Shown here piece by piece: positions 61,649-64,000 of a stretch of 64,000 bases of DNA. Numbering within the stretch: position 1 is the first letter of the stretch; each line of letters begins with the position of its first letter. The position numbers and the translations under genes were made by a program. This DNA is from an uncultured Nitrospiraceae bacterium (lineage in GTDB: Bacteria; Nitrospirota; Thermodesulfovibrionia; Thermodesulfovibrionales; UBA6898): the NCBI GenBank assembly GCA_963811165.1, contig CAWEQH010000004.1:640001-704000 (forward strand), in the 5' to 3' direction. The notes under the pieces are model-generated. The model was not told the origin of the DNA and did no database searches. It was given only the letters and a program-made list of their open reading frames with translations.

Positions 61649-62137
61649 ATGAAGGAGCAGGGAATTTCTTATATTGAACTGGTCGTTGTCATGTCCGTCG
61701 TCGGCATTCTCATAGTTGCTCTGGGGTTTGATTATCACGATTGGGGGAAAAAATTTGAGGCTGAAAAGATCATAAAAGAGCTCTATACGGACATGATGCA
61801 TGCGAGAATGAATGCCGTCACACGGGGTCGTGACCATTACGTCGTCCTCGGGGCGAGTGCATATTCGGTCGTGGAGGACACGAACGATAGCGGGGATTAC
61901 GACGAGGGCGACGCAGCGCTTGCATCATTCCCGAAACCTGTTTCGTATCCGATGGACTGGAATAACAAATACGCGGTAAGTAAAATTACCTTTAACAAGA
62001 GGGGGATCATCTCCGGACTGAGAACGATATGGGTCCCTTCGGCGGCCGATGCCGATTATAGTTGCGTTAAAGTGTCTATGTCGAGGGTCATCATGGGCAA
62101 GTATAGAGAAGCGGATAAGGAGTGCCAGACGAAATAA
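61649..62137 (+). CDS. GspH/FimT-like pseudopilin or minor pilin
   Basis: Class III signal MKEQG|ISYIELVVVMSVVGIL, ARMNAVT, ITFNKRG. Confidence 0.82.
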   Translation: MKEQGISYIELVVVMSVVGILIVALGFDYHDWGKKFEAEKIIKELYTDMMHARMNAVTRGRDHYVVLGASAYSVVEDTNDSGDYDEGDAALASFPKPVSYPMDWNNKYAVSKITFNKRGIISGLRTIWVPSAADADYSCVKVSMSRVIMGKYREADKECQTK

Positions 62138-62666
62138 AGGGGCAGTGATACTGAAGCGGCTGCTACACGCTGGCGCAGGGGGCTTTTTCTTGTAGCCGCG
62201 AGGAGATTACCCCGCGATGAACACCTGTTACTCGATAAATATTACGAAGTCATAACTGTTGAAGACTTTGTCCCGAAATACGCGTTCACTCTTTACCCCG
62301 GAGGGATACTCTTTCCCGGGTCTTGCATGAGATGGAAGATCGGCCCGTGTTAGTTTCTTTCTGCAATCAACGAACAAAACTACGATCGAGCTGAGAGAAT
62401 AATTTCGTCCCGGAGCATGCACTGTCGCATAACCGTCAGGAGAATGTGCTGCGGTCTCGCCTGCACCGACAAAGTCTCACTGTGGACATTCCGCTACAGT
62501 AATAATTTCCGTTTCTAACCCTCGCACCAAGGCCACTATTCAATCTGTGGTGACATGTCGAAGTCAACATTGATGACACAGAAGGTGGTAATATTGATTG
62601 TTTCCCTAATATTTTACTTTCCAAAACTATCAAAATCTTGTAAATTTACAATATTAATCAATCTTT

Positions 62667-64000
62667 ATGAAACCTAAAGCAATGATCAAGAACAAAGACA
62701 AGATTGAGACTGATCTGGAACTTTTCAGGGATCTGATTAATAAATCGAACGATGCCATCTTCGTCAATGATCCACAGACCAGTCTCTTTATCTTTGTGAA
62801 TGACAAGGCGTGCGCCACCTTGGGTTATGATCGCCAGGAACTCCTGAAGATGGGCGTTATGGATATAGAAGTAACCTTCCCCGACAATTTTTTATGGCAA
62901 GCACATGTTAATGAATTGCAGCGGAGGGGTTCCCATATAATGGAAGGTATCCATAAGCGAAAGAATGGCACCACATTCCCGGTTGAAATAAACGTCAGCT
63001 ATGTGGTGCTGAACACAAGGAAGTATATGTTAGCAGTAGTACGTGACATTAGCGAGCGGAAGCGGGCGGAGAAGGAGATCGCCGAGCACGGCGCCCTAGT
63101 GCAGCAGATCATGGATACCGCGAGCGTGGGGATCGGCTTAGTGGACAAAAGTGGTCGAATCACCCACGCCAACAGGAGCATGGCCGAGATGTTCGGCTGC
63201 ATGATGGAGGAACTTATCGGGAGTGAATATGCAGATCATGTTCACCCCTCTGAGCGGGAGACCAGCAGGCGGAACATGCTTGCCTTGCTGGCAAGTGCGA
63301 TACCTTCCGTGAACCTCGCGCGCCGCTACATGCGGAAAGACGGTACAGAGTTCTGGGGCCACCTCGAATGCAGGCGCTTCCATGACGCTCAGGGCAACGA
63401 ACGTGGTCTGATCGGCGTGATCACGGATATCACCGAGCGCAAGCGAGCCGAGGAGGCGCTGACCACCAGCGAAAAGCGATACAGACACCTCTTCGAGGAC
63501 TCGCCTGTTTCCCTGTGGGAGGAGGATATATCCGAGCTTCAGGCACATATTGCGGTGCTTCGATCTGCTGGTATTACGGATTTAGGTGCGCACTTTACGA
63601 ACCATCCCGAGGAGGTGTTCAAGTGCGTTGGGTTAGTAAAGGTCATTTCCGTCAACAAGACGACGCTGGATCTGTATGAGGCGCCTGACCAGGCCACTCT
63701 CCTGCACGGTCTGTCACAAGTATTCACTGCGCGCTCCTTTGATGCGTTTCGGGGGATCCTGATCTCTCTTTCCACGGGGGCGCAGATGTATGAGTGCGAA
63801 ACGGTCAATCAAACCCTCACTGGAAGAACGATCGATGTACTCTTGAGGTGGACCCTGATCTCTAACGACCAGCCAAACCGGTCTCGCGCCTTGATCTCCA
63901 TTGTGGACATTACCGAGCGCAAGCAGGCCGGGGAGGTGAAAGATAGTCTAGTTAAGGCGATCTCTGCAGCTACTGAGGGTATTGCCATTACAGATGACAA
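62667..64000 (+). CDS. Multi-PAS/PAC sensor protein, truncated by window end
   Basis: Open frame from ATG 62667 (MKPKAMIK...NDAIFV...VNDKAC..LGY.RQEL...RKNG..FPVE...RDISERK) with repeated DITERK PAC ends. Absent from the ORF track, consistent with no stop before the window end. Confidence 0.88.
   Translation, partial: MKPKAMIKNKDKIETDLELFRDLINKSNDAIFVNDPQTSLFIFVNDKACATLGYDRQELLKMGVMDIEVTFPDNFLWQAHVNELQRRGSHIMEGIHKRKNGTTFPVEINVSYVVLNTRKYMLAVVRDISERKRAEKEIAEHGALVQQIMDTASVGIGLVDKSGRITHANRSMAEMFGCMMEELIGSEYADHVHPSERETSRRNMLALLASAIPSVNLARRYMRKDGTEFWGHLECRRFHDAQGNERGLIGVITDITERKRAEEALTTSEKRYRHLFEDSPVSLWEEDISELQAHIAVLRSAGITDLGAHFTNHPEEVFKCVGLVKVISVNKTTLDLYEAPDQATLLHGLSQVFTARSFDAFRGILISLSTGAQMYECETVNQTLTGRTIDVLLRWTLISNDQPNRSRALISIVDITERKQAGEVKDSLVKAISAATEGIAITDD

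Overview
A 64-kb bacterial chromosomal window, about 50-55% GC by eye. Gene content suggests an anaerobic or microaerobic Gram-negative organism, plausibly Nitrospirota/Thermodesulfovibrionia-like (inference only). Most of it is housekeeping and signalling genes (rnhA, ilvE, rsmE, tpiA-secG, era-recO, dksA, pdhAB/E2, mla cluster, pssA-leuA, Lon-like protease). The standout is a translationally coupled minus-strand operon (36783-45638) encoding homologues of both plant starch-phosphorylating enzymes: alpha-glucan water dikinase (GWD) and phosphoglucan water dikinase (PWD). They are followed by a GH13 glucanase. The PWD and the GH13 protein each carry an N-terminal metal-binding TIM-barrel domain. 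This looks like a bacterial reversible alpha-glucan phosphorylation system, chemistry normally described only from starch-storing eukaryotes. Other notable items: a fluoride-response island with two riboswitches; a UGA/SECIS selenocysteine peroxiredoxin divergent from cydAB-Rrf2; a receiver-domain-fused PilB/GspE ATPase; a perfect 32-bp palindrome centred on a TrmB start codon; several apparently leaderless genes; and two G7 homopolymer frameshifts. All family assignments come from motif recognition, not database searches.
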